Part shown: positions 1 to 9,256 of the stretch, piece by piece
Layout of the letters: each line of letters begins with the position of its first letter
How positions within the stretch are numbered: position 1 is the stretch's first letter
Origin: a virus
Lineage: Duplodnaviria; Caudoviricetes
Length of the DNA: 41,215 nt
IMG/VR virus record: IMGVR_UViG_3300030334_000023
Coordinates: 1 to 41,215 of that record
Direction: 5' to 3' (one strand)
Translations under genes and position numbers: made by a program
The notes under the pieces: model-generated
Seen by the model: only the letters and a program-made list of their open reading frames with translations
Database searches by the model: none
Told to the model about the DNA's origin: nothing

Positions 1-247
1 GGGAGAGTCAGGCGATACGCTGGCAGCCTTTACCCATGTCTCGCATGATGGGGTTGTTCAAGTGTCCCGTGGCGCAGCTGGGTTGTTCCGCCCCATCAAA
101 TCACAGCGCGACAAGTGGATTGAGGCGGCATGCGAGTCAATGAAGGACGCGCGATTCACTATGCCAAACACAGACGTTGCGCCGATGGATTTGGCCGCGC
201 TGTATGCTGGCGCGCTATACGACGCCGGTCTAGCGAAGGAGGTGTGA
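1..247 (+). CDS. 3' part of hypothetical phage protein that begins at 40887 (wraps the window ends)
   Basis: Frame of ORF 62..247 is open back to base 2 and joins the ORF at 40887..41215 in frame (GA+G = Glu); 191 aa in total. Confidence 0.8.
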   Translation, partial: GESGDTLAAFTHVSHDGVVQVSRGAAGLFRPIKSQRDKWIEAACESMKDARFTMPNTDVAPMDLAALYAGALYDAGLAKEV

Positions 248-468
248 ACATGCTCGCCACAATCCTAATGCTCGCCAGCATGGTTCTCGCCACGCTATTC
301 TACGCAGCAACCAAGCGCGCAGAGGCGTACAACGCGGACGCCAAGCTGCTAGAGCTGGAAATCGACGCAGACGACGAACTGATCATGCGGCTAGCTGATG
401 CACTATCAGCGCACCCAGGCCACGGCCCGCTTATAGCCGAGGCGCACCGCCACCTGTCTCGCCCCTAA
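244..468 (+). CDS. small protein with N-terminal transmembrane helix
   Basis: GTG at 244 (or ATG at 250) after AAGGAGG; GTGA overlap with upstream stop; hydrophobic MLATILMLASMVLATLFYAA. Confidence 0.65.
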   Translation: MNMLATILMLASMVLATLFYAATKRAEAYNADAKLLELEIDADDELIMRLADALSAHPGHGPLIAEAHRHLSRP

Positions 469-937
469 TAGCATCCCAAGCGCGCTCGCAGGTCAATCCT
501 CGGGCGCGAGCGTCTTCATAGCCTCCAGCGACCGCGCTCGCAAATCCGTCATACTCTCCAAGCAATCCGGTGAGCACGCCGATGGTCTGTTCTGCTGTCG
601 CCCACTTGGTGGCAAGTCGGGAATTGTCGGCGCGGTAATAGCTGGTGACTTGATCGAGTCGTTGCCGCAGCCTGTCAGACTCAGCGTCGCCAACAACAAC
701 GCGCTCGCGAATGTCTTGCAGCTCTTCATCACCCTTTGCCCCCTCTTGCGCCACGCTCTGGAAGCGGCGGCGCTCTTCTGTTCGTGCTGCCTCGGTAGCC
801 TTTGCAAGCGCTGTTGCGTGTTGCGCAACAAGGTCAGACATGGCGGCATCAGAGCGTGCGCCTTGCCATGTCCAGCCTGCTCCGAACGCCAGCCCAAGCG
901 CGGCAACGGCAATACCAATCTTCACGGCTTCAAGCAC
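431..937 (-). CDS. Rz: Rz-like inner-membrane spanin (DUF2514-like)
   Basis: N-terminal TM helix ending GAGWTWQG, coiled-coil body, C-terminal ARARGLTCERAWD; follows the endolysin. Confidence 0.85.
   Translation of the reverse strand: MLEAVKIGIAVAALGLAFGAGWTWQGARSDAAMSDLVAQHATALAKATEAARTEERRRFQSVAQEGAKGDEELQDIRERVVVGDAESDRLRQRLDQVTSYYRADNSRLATKWATAEQTIGVLTGLLGEYDGFASAVAGGYEDARARGLTCERAWDAIRGETGGGAPRL
493..729 (-). CDS. Rz1: Rz1-like outer-membrane lipoprotein spanin, fully embedded in Rz
   Basis: ATG at 729, signal peptide MKSCKTFASALLLATLS with lipobox LTGC, Pro-rich periplasmic part, alternative frame inside Rz. Confidence 0.8.
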   Translation of the reverse strand: MKSCKTFASALLLATLSLTGCGNDSIKSPAITAPTIPDLPPSGRQQNRPSACSPDCLESMTDLRARSLEAMKTLAPED

Positions 938-1434
938 AGTTGCACCTCGGCTAGTCGTCGGTTATGCAGGCCGCGCACATATCGACCGCCAGCATACGCC
1001 CACACCTTGCGCCCGTCTGCGCCCCAGGCCAGCGCCTTGCAGCCCTCTGCGACCCGTCCGGCGTTGATCAGGCCCATAGCCCGACTGGCGCACGCGGCTG
1101 GCGTGCCGACGTTGTGAGCAAAGGACGACAGGGCGTCAAAGGTGTTCTGGCTTATGCGGTCGTTGCGGATGCAGTCGGCCAGCTCAAGCTGTCTGCCCTG
1201 GATGACAACGCGCTCAATCTCGGCGCACTTCTCGTCTGACCAGTAGTCGCCCACGATTACAGGCACCGGGCTTGTGTGGCGCGTCAGACCCATACAGACA
1301 GTGGGCAGTCCGTTAGCGAACTGGTCAGGGTAAACGGTATTCTGCCCGCTGCCCTCCCATGTCGCAAGAAACGACAGCAGCCCGCCGCTTGCGAGAACAA
1401 GCGTACCGGCTGCAATGCGGGCTTTAATCCCCAC
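922..1434 (-). CDS. SAR endolysin, GH24 lysozyme
   Basis: Weakly hydrophobic Gly/Ala-rich N-terminal SAR segment, then E..D..T triad (WEG...YPD..NGLPTVCMG), FDALSSFAHNVG and GLHNRRLAE motifs. Confidence 0.9.
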   Translation of the reverse strand: MGIKARIAAGTLVLASGGLLSFLATWEGSGQNTVYPDQFANGLPTVCMGLTRHTSPVPVIVGDYWSDEKCAEIERVVIQGRQLELADCIRNDRISQNTFDALSSFAHNVGTPAACASRAMGLINAGRVAEGCKALAWGADGRKVWAYAGGRYVRGLHNRRLAEVQLCLKP

Positions 1435-1642
1435 GGTTGAACCAGCCTTTCACGGTCGTAACAACTCGCGGCATGATCACAACGATCTGGAAGGCGAGAT
1501 AAAGCAGCGTTGCAATATATACCCAGTCCTGCAAGCCAACCCCCCAAATCGTCCGCGCAGCGCCATCAGCCACTACTACCGCGCCAGCTGGTGCCAGCTT
1601 CATCCCTGCTGCTGCCACCTCGTTTGCGGCGTGTTGTGACAT
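1424..1642 (-). CDS. holin, T7 gp17.5-like
   Basis: ATG at 1642 after GAGGAG; APAGAVVVADGAARTIWGVGLQDWVYIATLLYLAFQI resembles the T7 holin pattern; precedes the endolysin. Confidence 0.8.
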   Translation of the reverse strand: MSQHAANEVAAAGMKLAPAGAVVVADGAARTIWGVGLQDWVYIATLLYLAFQIVVIMPRVVTTVKGWFNRGD

Positions 1643-1681
1643 CTGTGAACTCCTCATCATTCACCCGTGATTGGTGGTGTC

Positions 1682-1690
1682 ATTTTAGCA
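1682..1690 (-). promoter_or_regulatory. extended -10 promoter for the lysis cassette
   Basis: TGCTAAAAT (TGn + TAAAAT) in the gap just upstream of the holin. Confidence 0.5.
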
Positions 1691-4063
1691 TTACGGCTTG
1701 GACGAGCAAGTTGCGCGTATTCTTACAAGCCCTTTCACTGGCCCTGTAATTCGACCGCGCACCAATACCCCCGAAGTGCTTAGCGTGGCCCCGCCGCCTG
1801 CGAGCGCGCTGTTCACATAAGTGTCGTTTACCGCGCCAACGACTGTTGCGGTCCCGGAGTTGTCGTACCACAGGCCTTGCCTGTGAAAATATCCGACCTG
1901 CCCCGTGGTTGCCTTGTTCAGCGTAGCCTTTAGGTCAACGTGAACGGCTCCGCCGCCATTCAATAGGAACTGGCCAACGGTAACGGTCGAGGTGTCCGAC
2001 ACATTCACCGGAAGCGAGAAGTCTAGGTCGTAGTCGTCGACCTGAATGGCCGCATTCCACTCTACTTGCGGCAGGTCGGCTGCGTTGTACTCGTAAACAT
2101 CTCCGCTACCAACCCAGCGAACAACTCGGCCGACTGCGCTTACATTCTGACGGGTGATCCGGTATGGCGTCATAACCCCTGCGCCGTAAGTTCCGGTAAT
2201 GCGGTTTCCGCGAGTAGTGAGCAGGTCATAATCGTAATACTGTGTGTCGACATTCAGCAGCGCGACAACCTTCCCGTCCGCCTCTGTTGTGAAGTCGGCG
2301 TGGATGGAGTTGCCCTCGAACAGCACGTCCGTGTTTTTGATCCCTCGATTTGCGACAGAGATAAACCGAGTATGCTGCAAAAACGCCCCGCCCATTGTTG
2401 GGTTAATCATCGCGTTGCGAGAAGATACCGGGTTGTAGAAAGCGCCGCGCCAGACAATAGAGTCCTGACCCTTGAACCCGACGCTCTTGCAGTCCGAAAC
2501 CTCGGCACCTTGGTTTTTTGACCCGTCGCCACCGTCCTGCACAATGTCGTTTGTGTTTGCGCCGTAAACGCGAACATTGCCGATCTTGCAGAACGCAGGA
2601 GCGCCGTTGTGAACGCCGACAGTTGACAGGTTTACAATAGTTCCGTCGTTGTCGAAGCTGTCACGAGTGTAGACGATGGACACGTCATCGCATATACCCC
2701 TGTCACCTACTGGGCTACCAGCGCCGGGCGTTGCATCATCCGCGTTTAGCCCTTTGATATTAATGGCACCCTCTGACGCGCCCGAGTCAATAAGCAGGCC
2801 GCCACGGATGCGCGGGTAGCGCGCCTTTGTATAGATCGCCTCGCAATCGTAGTTCACACCGGTGCAGTCACGCACAAAGAACTGCTCTACAGAGGTGGTG
2901 AGGCCTGAAAGCATTACAGCGTGGCATTCGTAGTTATTTCCAGAGGTAGAGTCGCCTGTTGTAGTGCGGTTGATTACAGTATCTATCCAGGCCCCAGAAA
3001 CAGAGCCGGACAGGTCTTGGTAGTCAGGCGAATCAAACCCAAGCCCATCTAAAAAGAATTTGAGCGGACATACAATTCGCCCTGCGGCGATAGAGTCAAA
3101 CGCCCGGAATCCTGCAACGGCGTAGCGGCCTTTGCACCGAAAGTGTATGGCCATAGGGCAGCGATGAGACTCAAAGTCAACAATGTTCAGGGTGACATTA
3201 ACAGTCAGGTCGGGCGTAAAGTCATTGGTCCCCGTGGTGTTGAAAACTACGCTTCGGCAATCATACGCACGAACCCCTGACAGCTTGGCTGTGCAGGTTG
3301 TGCCAGTCATCACCCGAATGAACCCGGTCGCGTAGTTCGTCGCCTGGTTTTCCGTGAAGTCACTAAATCCGCGAATAGCGATCCCAGCAAGATCAATCTC
3401 GTCGCCGGAAAACTCAATGCCAGTTCCGTTAAAGCCGCGCACTTCACCGCGACCAGCCAGCAGGACTTTGCCAGAGTGCGAGATAGTGCTCAGGACGTTT
3501 ACGTTTGCGCCAGCGAGATTGACGGTTCTGCCTGACGCGAGAGCCTTCGCAAGAGCTGGGGCGTGGTCCAGGGTCGGAGAGGCAAGCCGGGCATCGGCTC
3601 GCTGCGCGGCTGTCATAAAATCGAAAATGCTTACCGAGTCCAGGAGGCGGTCGGCTACCGTGCGGCTTGCTGCTTCTGCGAGGGAGGATATATACCCCAC
3701 AATCGCCGCCCCTTTCGCGGGGTCGGATTGGTCTTGAACGTCAGCGCTAAAGGCGTCCAGCTCGCCCAGCTTATCAGCAACCGTACCGGACTCGTACCCA
3801 ACAAGCTCGGCGCCTTTGAGTGGGTCGCCTTCGGTCGCAAGGTCTTCGCGCAGCACTTGGGCGTCTGCGCTGGCTGCGGCTTCTTCCGCGCGGTTGGCAG
3901 CCTCTACAGCCTCTTCGACTGCGGAATTCACTTCGGCGGAGATATTGTCCTTCATGACCTGAAAGGACACAGAACGGGTGCGACCCGACGCCCCTTGGTC
4001 GATAGGGATTAGGTCGCCGCCCGCTACCTGATTAACCTCTGTCAGGTCTGAAATTCTGGTCAT
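1691..4063 (-). CDS. tailspike / putative polysaccharide depolymerase (second receptor-binding protein)
   Basis: 790 aa; two DLA/DV..GA..VGY..TVAD(K/R)L neck repeats, SVSIFDF..DHAPALAKALASGRTV beta-helix cap, long beta-rich body. Confidence 0.8.
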   Translation of the reverse strand: MTRISDLTEVNQVAGGDLIPIDQGASGRTRSVSFQVMKDNISAEVNSAVEEAVEAANRAEEAAASADAQVLREDLATEGDPLKGAELVGYESGTVADKLGELDAFSADVQDQSDPAKGAAIVGYISSLAEAASRTVADRLLDSVSIFDFMTAAQRADARLASPTLDHAPALAKALASGRTVNLAGANVNVLSTISHSGKVLLAGRGEVRGFNGTGIEFSGDEIDLAGIAIRGFSDFTENQATNYATGFIRVMTGTTCTAKLSGVRAYDCRSVVFNTTGTNDFTPDLTVNVTLNIVDFESHRCPMAIHFRCKGRYAVAGFRAFDSIAAGRIVCPLKFFLDGLGFDSPDYQDLSGSVSGAWIDTVINRTTTGDSTSGNNYECHAVMLSGLTTSVEQFFVRDCTGVNYDCEAIYTKARYPRIRGGLLIDSGASEGAINIKGLNADDATPGAGSPVGDRGICDDVSIVYTRDSFDNDGTIVNLSTVGVHNGAPAFCKIGNVRVYGANTNDIVQDGGDGSKNQGAEVSDCKSVGFKGQDSIVWRGAFYNPVSSRNAMINPTMGGAFLQHTRFISVANRGIKNTDVLFEGNSIHADFTTEADGKVVALLNVDTQYYDYDLLTTRGNRITGTYGAGVMTPYRITRQNVSAVGRVVRWVGSGDVYEYNAADLPQVEWNAAIQVDDYDLDFSLPVNVSDTSTVTVGQFLLNGGGAVHVDLKATLNKATTGQVGYFHRQGLWYDNSGTATVVGAVNDTYVNSALAGGGATLSTSGVLVRGRITGPVKGLVRIRATCSSKP

Positions 4064-4120
4064 AACAGGTTCTCTCCAGCTGGCACAAATGTTGCTTGTA
4101 TTGTATCTGGTTTGCGTTCG

Positions 4121-4498
4121 TTAGGCGACTATATCGGAAGCCGCGATAAACAGGTCATCAATCTCTGCATCTGTCAGGTTGAGCGCGGCGGCGATTACGC
4201 CCACTGACGGAGAGTCGCGCCGGAACTCCTGCGCATCCGCCCATGCCATCTGTGTCAAGGGGTCGGCGTTCGACACGGCCAGTTCTGCGGATTCCAACAT
4301 GTTGGCTTGATACAGAGACGCGCGCGCTTGGAAGCGTGACACGACCTGCGGCACCGGCTTGTACTCGCTCCAGCCTTCTGCGCCCCAGACTTGCGATCCA
4401 TGAGCCGGAGGCGCGGCAACTTCGACCGAACCCGCTGGCGGCTCAACGCCATCGAAGCCGCCAATATATCGACCTTCCGAGTCAACGAAATATTTCAT
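4121..4498 (-). CDS. tail fibre assembly/accessory protein
   Basis: Directly downstream of fibre gene with ATGA overlap; YFVD..GRYIGGFDG..PP..SVEV..PP and VSRFQARA..W..A..FRR.SP..IDDLF patterns. Confidence 0.6.
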   Translation of the reverse strand: MKYFVDSEGRYIGGFDGVEPPAGSVEVAAPPAHGSQVWGAEGWSEYKPVPQVVSRFQARASLYQANMLESAELAVSNADPLTQMAWADAQEFRRDSPSVGVIAAALNLTDAEIDDLFIAASDIVA

Positions 4499-5925
4499 GC
4501 AAAAGCCCTCAGCTTGTAGCGCCAGTTGGCGGCGGTGATGTTGGCAAGTCCGCCTGTTGTGAAGTTTGTCACAGTGAAGCCGCCGCCACTTGAGCCGTAC
4601 CGGATGACAAACTGCGTCGCGTCAGGGTCTGTTGTTGGGCCGTAACTGCCTGAGTCACCAACCTGAAATACCGGTGCGGGAATGTCCTGACCCGCAGTGA
4701 ACCCCGCCTCGTCAACCTTGCACACAAGAAACCCGACCCAGAATTTAGGCTCCTCGCCCAGTGTATGCGCAACCGTCAGGGTGCCTGCCGGGGTGATGGT
4801 CAGCTCGGCGCTCTCCCACATCTTTGTGATAGCTAGAGCTGCAACATCTGCCTGCAGGTCGACAACATCCGTTTGAATGTCGTTTACCTGATTTCCAAGC
4901 GCCGTAACGTCGATCAGTCCTGGATTGACGGCACCAGAGAACGCCCGAATGGCAACGGTTTGCGGGCCGTACCGGAAAGTAGTTGTTGCAGGCTCGGTTC
5001 CATCTGTTACCACCCTTTCAAGAACCGCGCCAAGAGCAAGACCGGCGTCAACGCCCGCGCCGTTGTCTGCGCCCGCCGAGGTCAGGCCGCGTGCATCCGG
5101 GACGCGGAAAGTAGACGACCCGTTGCCGCGCGAAAAAGCCATCTTGTTTGCAGCCCAATCCACCTCGTCGACGATATTCCCAGAGCTGTCAGCAAAGGCC
5201 CAGAGAGCGGCGTATACAGTGCGGTTTAGCACGCCACCATCCAACGGGACAAAGCCCTCCGGTAGTGAGTCGGGTTCGCACGGAAACGACATGACAGCAC
5301 CCACCGGGAAGGCGTTGGAGGTCACGTCAATAATGCTGATGGTGGAGTTGTTGGCAGACGCGCCGCCAAATGAATAAAACGTGGTGCCGGTGAAATCGCC
5401 TGTTGGCGCATTGTACTCGCCAGGCGGGAGAAACACGGGCGCGCCAGTTGCCGCTGCAGCCTCTACGGCAGATTGATCGTTATTCACTCCATCGGCGACC
5501 GCGCCGTAGTCTTGCGGCGATACGCCCAGCTGCCCCAGCTTGGAATAAACGGTTTGGGAGCGGTAGCCAGCCAGTTGCGCACCAGTTGGCGCGGCTAGGT
5601 CTGCAGCCACCACGCCGAAGAACCCATCGGCGCTATTCGACGAATAATAGACCTGGGCGTTGTTCTTATCCCGAAGTCGCAGAGAATAGCTTCCGGTTGT
5701 GAATATGCGCTTAGGGTTGCCCGCGCCATCCGTCGGATACCCAGCAGTATTGGTGCGCAATGGCGTTGGAGCTGCTACGATTCCATCGGCATCAAAGTAA
5801 ACCGGGAGCGGAAATTCCTCCGGGTCTTTATCCGGCTCTCCAATGTAGATATAGCCGTTTGACAGAGGATCGCCTGACTTGTCGGTCAGGAACTCAAATG
5901 GCGACTGAATGAGGATGTTTGTCAT
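4495..5925 (-). CDS. tail fibre with P22 gp9-type particle-binding N-terminus and tail-collar domain
   Basis: SPFEFLTDKSGDPLSNGYIYIGEPDKDP matches the P22-like head-binding domain; PVGAVMSF..PEGFVPLDG..LNRTVYAALW..GNGSSTFRVPDARG is a phage tail-collar motif. Confidence 0.85.
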   Translation of the reverse strand: MTNILIQSPFEFLTDKSGDPLSNGYIYIGEPDKDPEEFPLPVYFDADGIVAAPTPLRTNTAGYPTDGAGNPKRIFTTGSYSLRLRDKNNAQVYYSSNSADGFFGVVAADLAAPTGAQLAGYRSQTVYSKLGQLGVSPQDYGAVADGVNNDQSAVEAAAATGAPVFLPPGEYNAPTGDFTGTTFYSFGGASANNSTISIIDVTSNAFPVGAVMSFPCEPDSLPEGFVPLDGGVLNRTVYAALWAFADSSGNIVDEVDWAANKMAFSRGNGSSTFRVPDARGLTSAGADNGAGVDAGLALGAVLERVVTDGTEPATTTFRYGPQTVAIRAFSGAVNPGLIDVTALGNQVNDIQTDVVDLQADVAALAITKMWESAELTITPAGTLTVAHTLGEEPKFWVGFLVCKVDEAGFTAGQDIPAPVFQVGDSGSYGPTTDPDATQFVIRYGSSGGGFTVTNFTTGGLANITAANWRYKLRAFA

Positions 5926-5930
5926 GGACT

Positions 5931-7979
5931 TTACCGTTGGGGCTGCTGTGTTTCTTGCGGTTCTTCTTCTGCAGCTTGCCGAGCAGTCTGCACGGCAGCA
6001 TTAAGCTCGCGCGCCATTCTCAGGGCTGCGTCACGAGACGCCGAGCTTCGCGGCTGCGATGCGATGCGGATCAATGCGTTACGGAAGAATGGGCTTTCAT
6101 AGGCCCGCGCTATGGCGCCTACTGTTGCGCCGCCGACCATTGTTGTTCCAAAGTCGCCAATTAGCGAACCTGCAGCCGCAGCGCCGACAGGGGCGTAAAG
6201 CTGCTGGCCTGTCGCCGTCATCACGCTAGCTTGGCCTGCTCGCCGCGTAGCATCAAGGACCATATTCAAGCCCTCAAGCTGCTTTGCTTCCTCGCCACGA
6301 AAAGCGATTCCGGTTTGCGTTTGATATTTGCGCATCGCGTTTATGAACCGGTCGGGCGAAATACCGTCAACGCCGATGGAGTCGCTAATCGCTCGATTGA
6401 TGATAGTCGCGCGCGCTGCCGACTTCCCTTGGCTGTTCAGCGAGTTGTACAGGGTGCGCACCTCGCTCGGCTTGCCGGAGAACAGCAGAGTCTGCGCAGA
6501 CTCGGGAGTTATGTCGCCAGTGTTCAGCACGTTGCGCAGGCGAGAACGGGTAAGCTCTTGCGCCTGCTGGCGGTACACGGCGTTTGCTTCACGCAGCCGC
6601 CCTACGTCGCGCGGAGAAAGGTTGGCGCGTGCAAATTCGTCCATGTCTCGCCCCATCGCAGTCTCAATGCGACCTAGCAGCGCTTTGGCGCGGCTCGGGA
6701 GCTGGGCGCGCATGGCGCTGTCATACGACCCGACGATCTCCCGAAAGGCGGTGCGATTGTCTTTTAGCGTGCTGTATGTCTGCGTGCCGGACGCCATTGT
6801 CTGGCGCAATTGCTGCAGCTCTCGCACGGCGTCATCGCTACCAATAACACCGGGGCGCGTCAGCTCCGACAGCGCGTCATCGATGGCGGTTGCGGTGTTG
6901 TTGTACGGAATGGTTCCGGCCTGGTCAAGCTGCTGCGTGTACTGGCCTATGCGGCTACCTGCTGCCTGCTTGACACGAGAGGTCTGGGCTTGCAGGCTGC
7001 TGATTATGGCGTCGTCGCTCGGCACCGGGTATCGAGCGCCCAGCTCTTGGATTGCGCGCTGTCGGGCCTCCTGCTGCGTTGCCCGCATGCCCCCGGTCCC
7101 AGTGATCGGGATACGCTCGCCAACAGCCTGTGCCGACCTGCCAATAAAAGTGTCTGGCTGCGCAATGTCGCTTGTCATGACAGGGATATTGGAGCGCGCA
7201 CCAGCCTCGACAATATCGCCAGCAGCACTAGGCGCAGCGCCCTTCATTGCCCCAGCTACTCTACGGCCTGCGTCAATTGCCCTGCCTGCGGCGCCAGCAA
7301 CTACCGGGCCAGCTGCCCCAAATGCGCCAGCGACCCCGACATCTGTCAGGCTTGCATCGCCACCAAGCCCGGCCTCTGCCGCCTCAATGCCAGCCTGTGT
7401 CGCGGCAGATGCGCCACCGAGGGTTGCGGCCTGCCTTGCAATGCCACCTCCTGCCTGTGTCGCAGCGCGACCAGCCGGGAGAAATGACAGGATGTTGAAG
7501 GCGCCCGAAATAACATCCTGCCCGCTAATGCCAGGCTTGTTTAGCGCGTACTCACCAGACGGCAGCTGTACGATTGTGTTGCCCGCCTGATCCTCCCGGA
7601 ATGAGACGTCAGGTCCAAACTGTTGTTGCAGTATCCCTTTCAGGGAATCCGTGTCGCCGGTCAATAGCAATCCCATAGACGCCTTGAACGCAGGGACGGA
7701 CAAGCGGTTAAGCTCGGGCGCACCGCCGATCTCGGTCAGGCTGGACATTTCCGGCGTCATGCGGCTTTCGCCCGTTACAAGGTCCGCAGCCTTGCCAAGT
7801 GCTGTCTGCGGCTGACTTGGCATAGTTGCTGCAGGCTGAGCAGTGGGCGCGGTTGGCGCGCTCTGCTGGGTTGCCATAAAATCCTGAAATGCGGCCTGCG
7901 CCTGTTCCGGCGTAGTGCCTTCCGGCACGTCGAATCGCGCAACTCGCCCGTCGGGCATTTGGAATCGAGCAATCGGCAT
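5931..7979 (-). CDS. DNA ejection (transfer) protein, P22 gp16 position
   Basis: 682 aa, Ala/Gly/Gln-rich helical protein; MPDGRVARFDVPEGTTPEQ N-terminus; third of three ejection genes. Confidence 0.7.
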   Translation of the reverse strand: MPIARFQMPDGRVARFDVPEGTTPEQAQAAFQDFMATQQSAPTAPTAQPAATMPSQPQTALGKAADLVTGESRMTPEMSSLTEIGGAPELNRLSVPAFKASMGLLLTGDTDSLKGILQQQFGPDVSFREDQAGNTIVQLPSGEYALNKPGISGQDVISGAFNILSFLPAGRAATQAGGGIARQAATLGGASAATQAGIEAAEAGLGGDASLTDVGVAGAFGAAGPVVAGAAGRAIDAGRRVAGAMKGAAPSAAGDIVEAGARSNIPVMTSDIAQPDTFIGRSAQAVGERIPITGTGGMRATQQEARQRAIQELGARYPVPSDDAIISSLQAQTSRVKQAAGSRIGQYTQQLDQAGTIPYNNTATAIDDALSELTRPGVIGSDDAVRELQQLRQTMASGTQTYSTLKDNRTAFREIVGSYDSAMRAQLPSRAKALLGRIETAMGRDMDEFARANLSPRDVGRLREANAVYRQQAQELTRSRLRNVLNTGDITPESAQTLLFSGKPSEVRTLYNSLNSQGKSAARATIINRAISDSIGVDGISPDRFINAMRKYQTQTGIAFRGEEAKQLEGLNMVLDATRRAGQASVMTATGQQLYAPVGAAAAGSLIGDFGTTMVGGATVGAIARAYESPFFRNALIRIASQPRSSASRDAALRMARELNAAVQTARQAAEEEPQETQQPQR

Positions 7980-9256
7980 TATTCAAACCCCAAGAATTGT
8001 ATTCCACCCGGCGCAGCGCTTGCTGCCGGGGTGGCGCCATTATCCCACGGCGTGTTCTGCTGGATGTACTGATCAAATGCTCGTTTCAGGCTGATGCCCT
8101 CCTCAATCGGCATGCCGTTATATTCAAACGGCTTGCGATTCTGGCCTGGGTTGCCGTTTTGGCTGATCCACTCGGCGCGGAAGTTGTTTAGCTCCGCTTT
8201 TGCCATTTCCGCCTTTGCCATGCCGCGCATGAAGCTGGCAACGTAGTCCTTGTTTGCGAAGTCCTGCGGGAAGCCAGACATGAAGATTTCGATGTCTCGG
8301 TCAGACGCAACTCCGGGGGGTAGGTTGTTGATTACTCGCTCGTTCTTCAGCTGAATGAAGTTGCGGCGCAGTTCTGACAGAGCATCCTCATCGCCGGTTG
8401 TCTGTTTCAGCCATTCTGCCATTTGACCTGCGCGACCACCCATCAGGTTTGACTGCTGAAACTCTCCAGCCAGCGTCTCAAGGCGGGACGCCGCAGCCTC
8501 TGACGCGGTAGCGTCCTGAATAGCCGTATCAAGCGCCTTTTCCATGTTCACGGACAGGTCGGGGTAGCCAGAACCTTCTTGGCGCAGGCGTGCCGCTTCA
8601 ATGCGAGATTGCGCTTGCATGATCGCATTCTCGCGCGCAGCCTGTTGCCCCATAATTTGCACGTCTTGGCCGCGACGGGTGATGTCTTGCCCGCGCATGG
8701 TGATGTCTTGACCGCGACGCTGCACGGCGCGCTGTTCTCGCTGCCCAATAATTTCCTGATACTTCTCAGGGCCAAGAGCTGCCATTGTGATCATGTCAGC
8801 CGTTTGCGCCAGGCTCTGCGGATTGGTCTGCACTTGCTGAATCAGACGATCAGGCGAGAATGCAGGGCCAAGGCTCGACAGCACGTCCGCGTTGTTCTGG
8901 ATAAACTGCCCAGCTGCTTCCGGGTCGCCGGAAAGCGCAGTCAGCTGCATGCCGATTTCTCCGATGGCCTGAGTCTTTAGCTCCTGATCCATGCCGACCG
9001 CCGACTTGATGGTTTCCAGCATTTCGGGGAACTGCCCGCCTAGCGCGGCTTTCTCTTGCGCGGTGCCAGCCTTTGCCCATGCCGAACGGAATTCTGCCGC
9101 ACGCTGAGCCTGAGCCGCGTCTTGCTGGGCGATGCGCTCCTGCCGTTGGCGCTCTAGATTAATCGCCTCGCCGCGCTGATACGCCTCAAAACCCTGCATA
9201 ATCTGCTGCCCAAAGCTGGGCTTGTTCAGGATCATTGAGTAATCTAATTCGGCCAT
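7979..9256 (-). CDS. DNA ejection (transfer) protein, P22 gp20 position
   Basis: ATG at 9256 (TAATG overlap); tandem RGQDITM/RGQDITR/RGQDVQI repeats typical of P22-like ejection proteins. Confidence 0.7.
   Translation of the reverse strand: MAELDYSMILNKPSFGQQIMQGFEAYQRGEAINLERQRQERIAQQDAAQAQRAAEFRSAWAKAGTAQEKAALGGQFPEMLETIKSAVGMDQELKTQAIGEIGMQLTALSGDPEAAGQFIQNNADVLSSLGPAFSPDRLIQQVQTNPQSLAQTADMITMAALGPEKYQEIIGQREQRAVQRRGQDITMRGQDITRRGQDVQIMGQQAARENAIMQAQSRIEAARLRQEGSGYPDLSVNMEKALDTAIQDATASEAAASRLETLAGEFQQSNLMGGRAGQMAEWLKQTTGDEDALSELRRNFIQLKNERVINNLPPGVASDRDIEIFMSGFPQDFANKDYVASFMRGMAKAEMAKAELNNFRAEWISQNGNPGQNRKPFEYNGMPIEEGISLKRAFDQYIQQNTPWDNGATPAASAAPGGIQFLGFE

Noticed and set aside
1643-1660. 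Dual-start holin/antiholin from the upstream ATGATG
   Set aside because: The upstream ATGs overlap the RBS of the 1642 start and lack a clear RBS of their own; unsupported
1971-1983. Partial boxes (GGCCAACGGTA here; similar near 35212 and 22578)
   Set aside because: Mismatch in the GAC core, located inside coding or stem sequence, and no -10 at 22 nt that I could find
6328-7590. 420-aa plus-strand ORF, and similar antisense ORFs across the structural genes
   Set aside because: Shadow frames of GC-rich minus-strand genes; no RBS or motifs
8655-8725. Tandem 21-bp repeats in the ejection gene as a diversity or VNTR element
   Set aside because: They encode the ordinary RGQDIT repeats of P22-like ejection proteins
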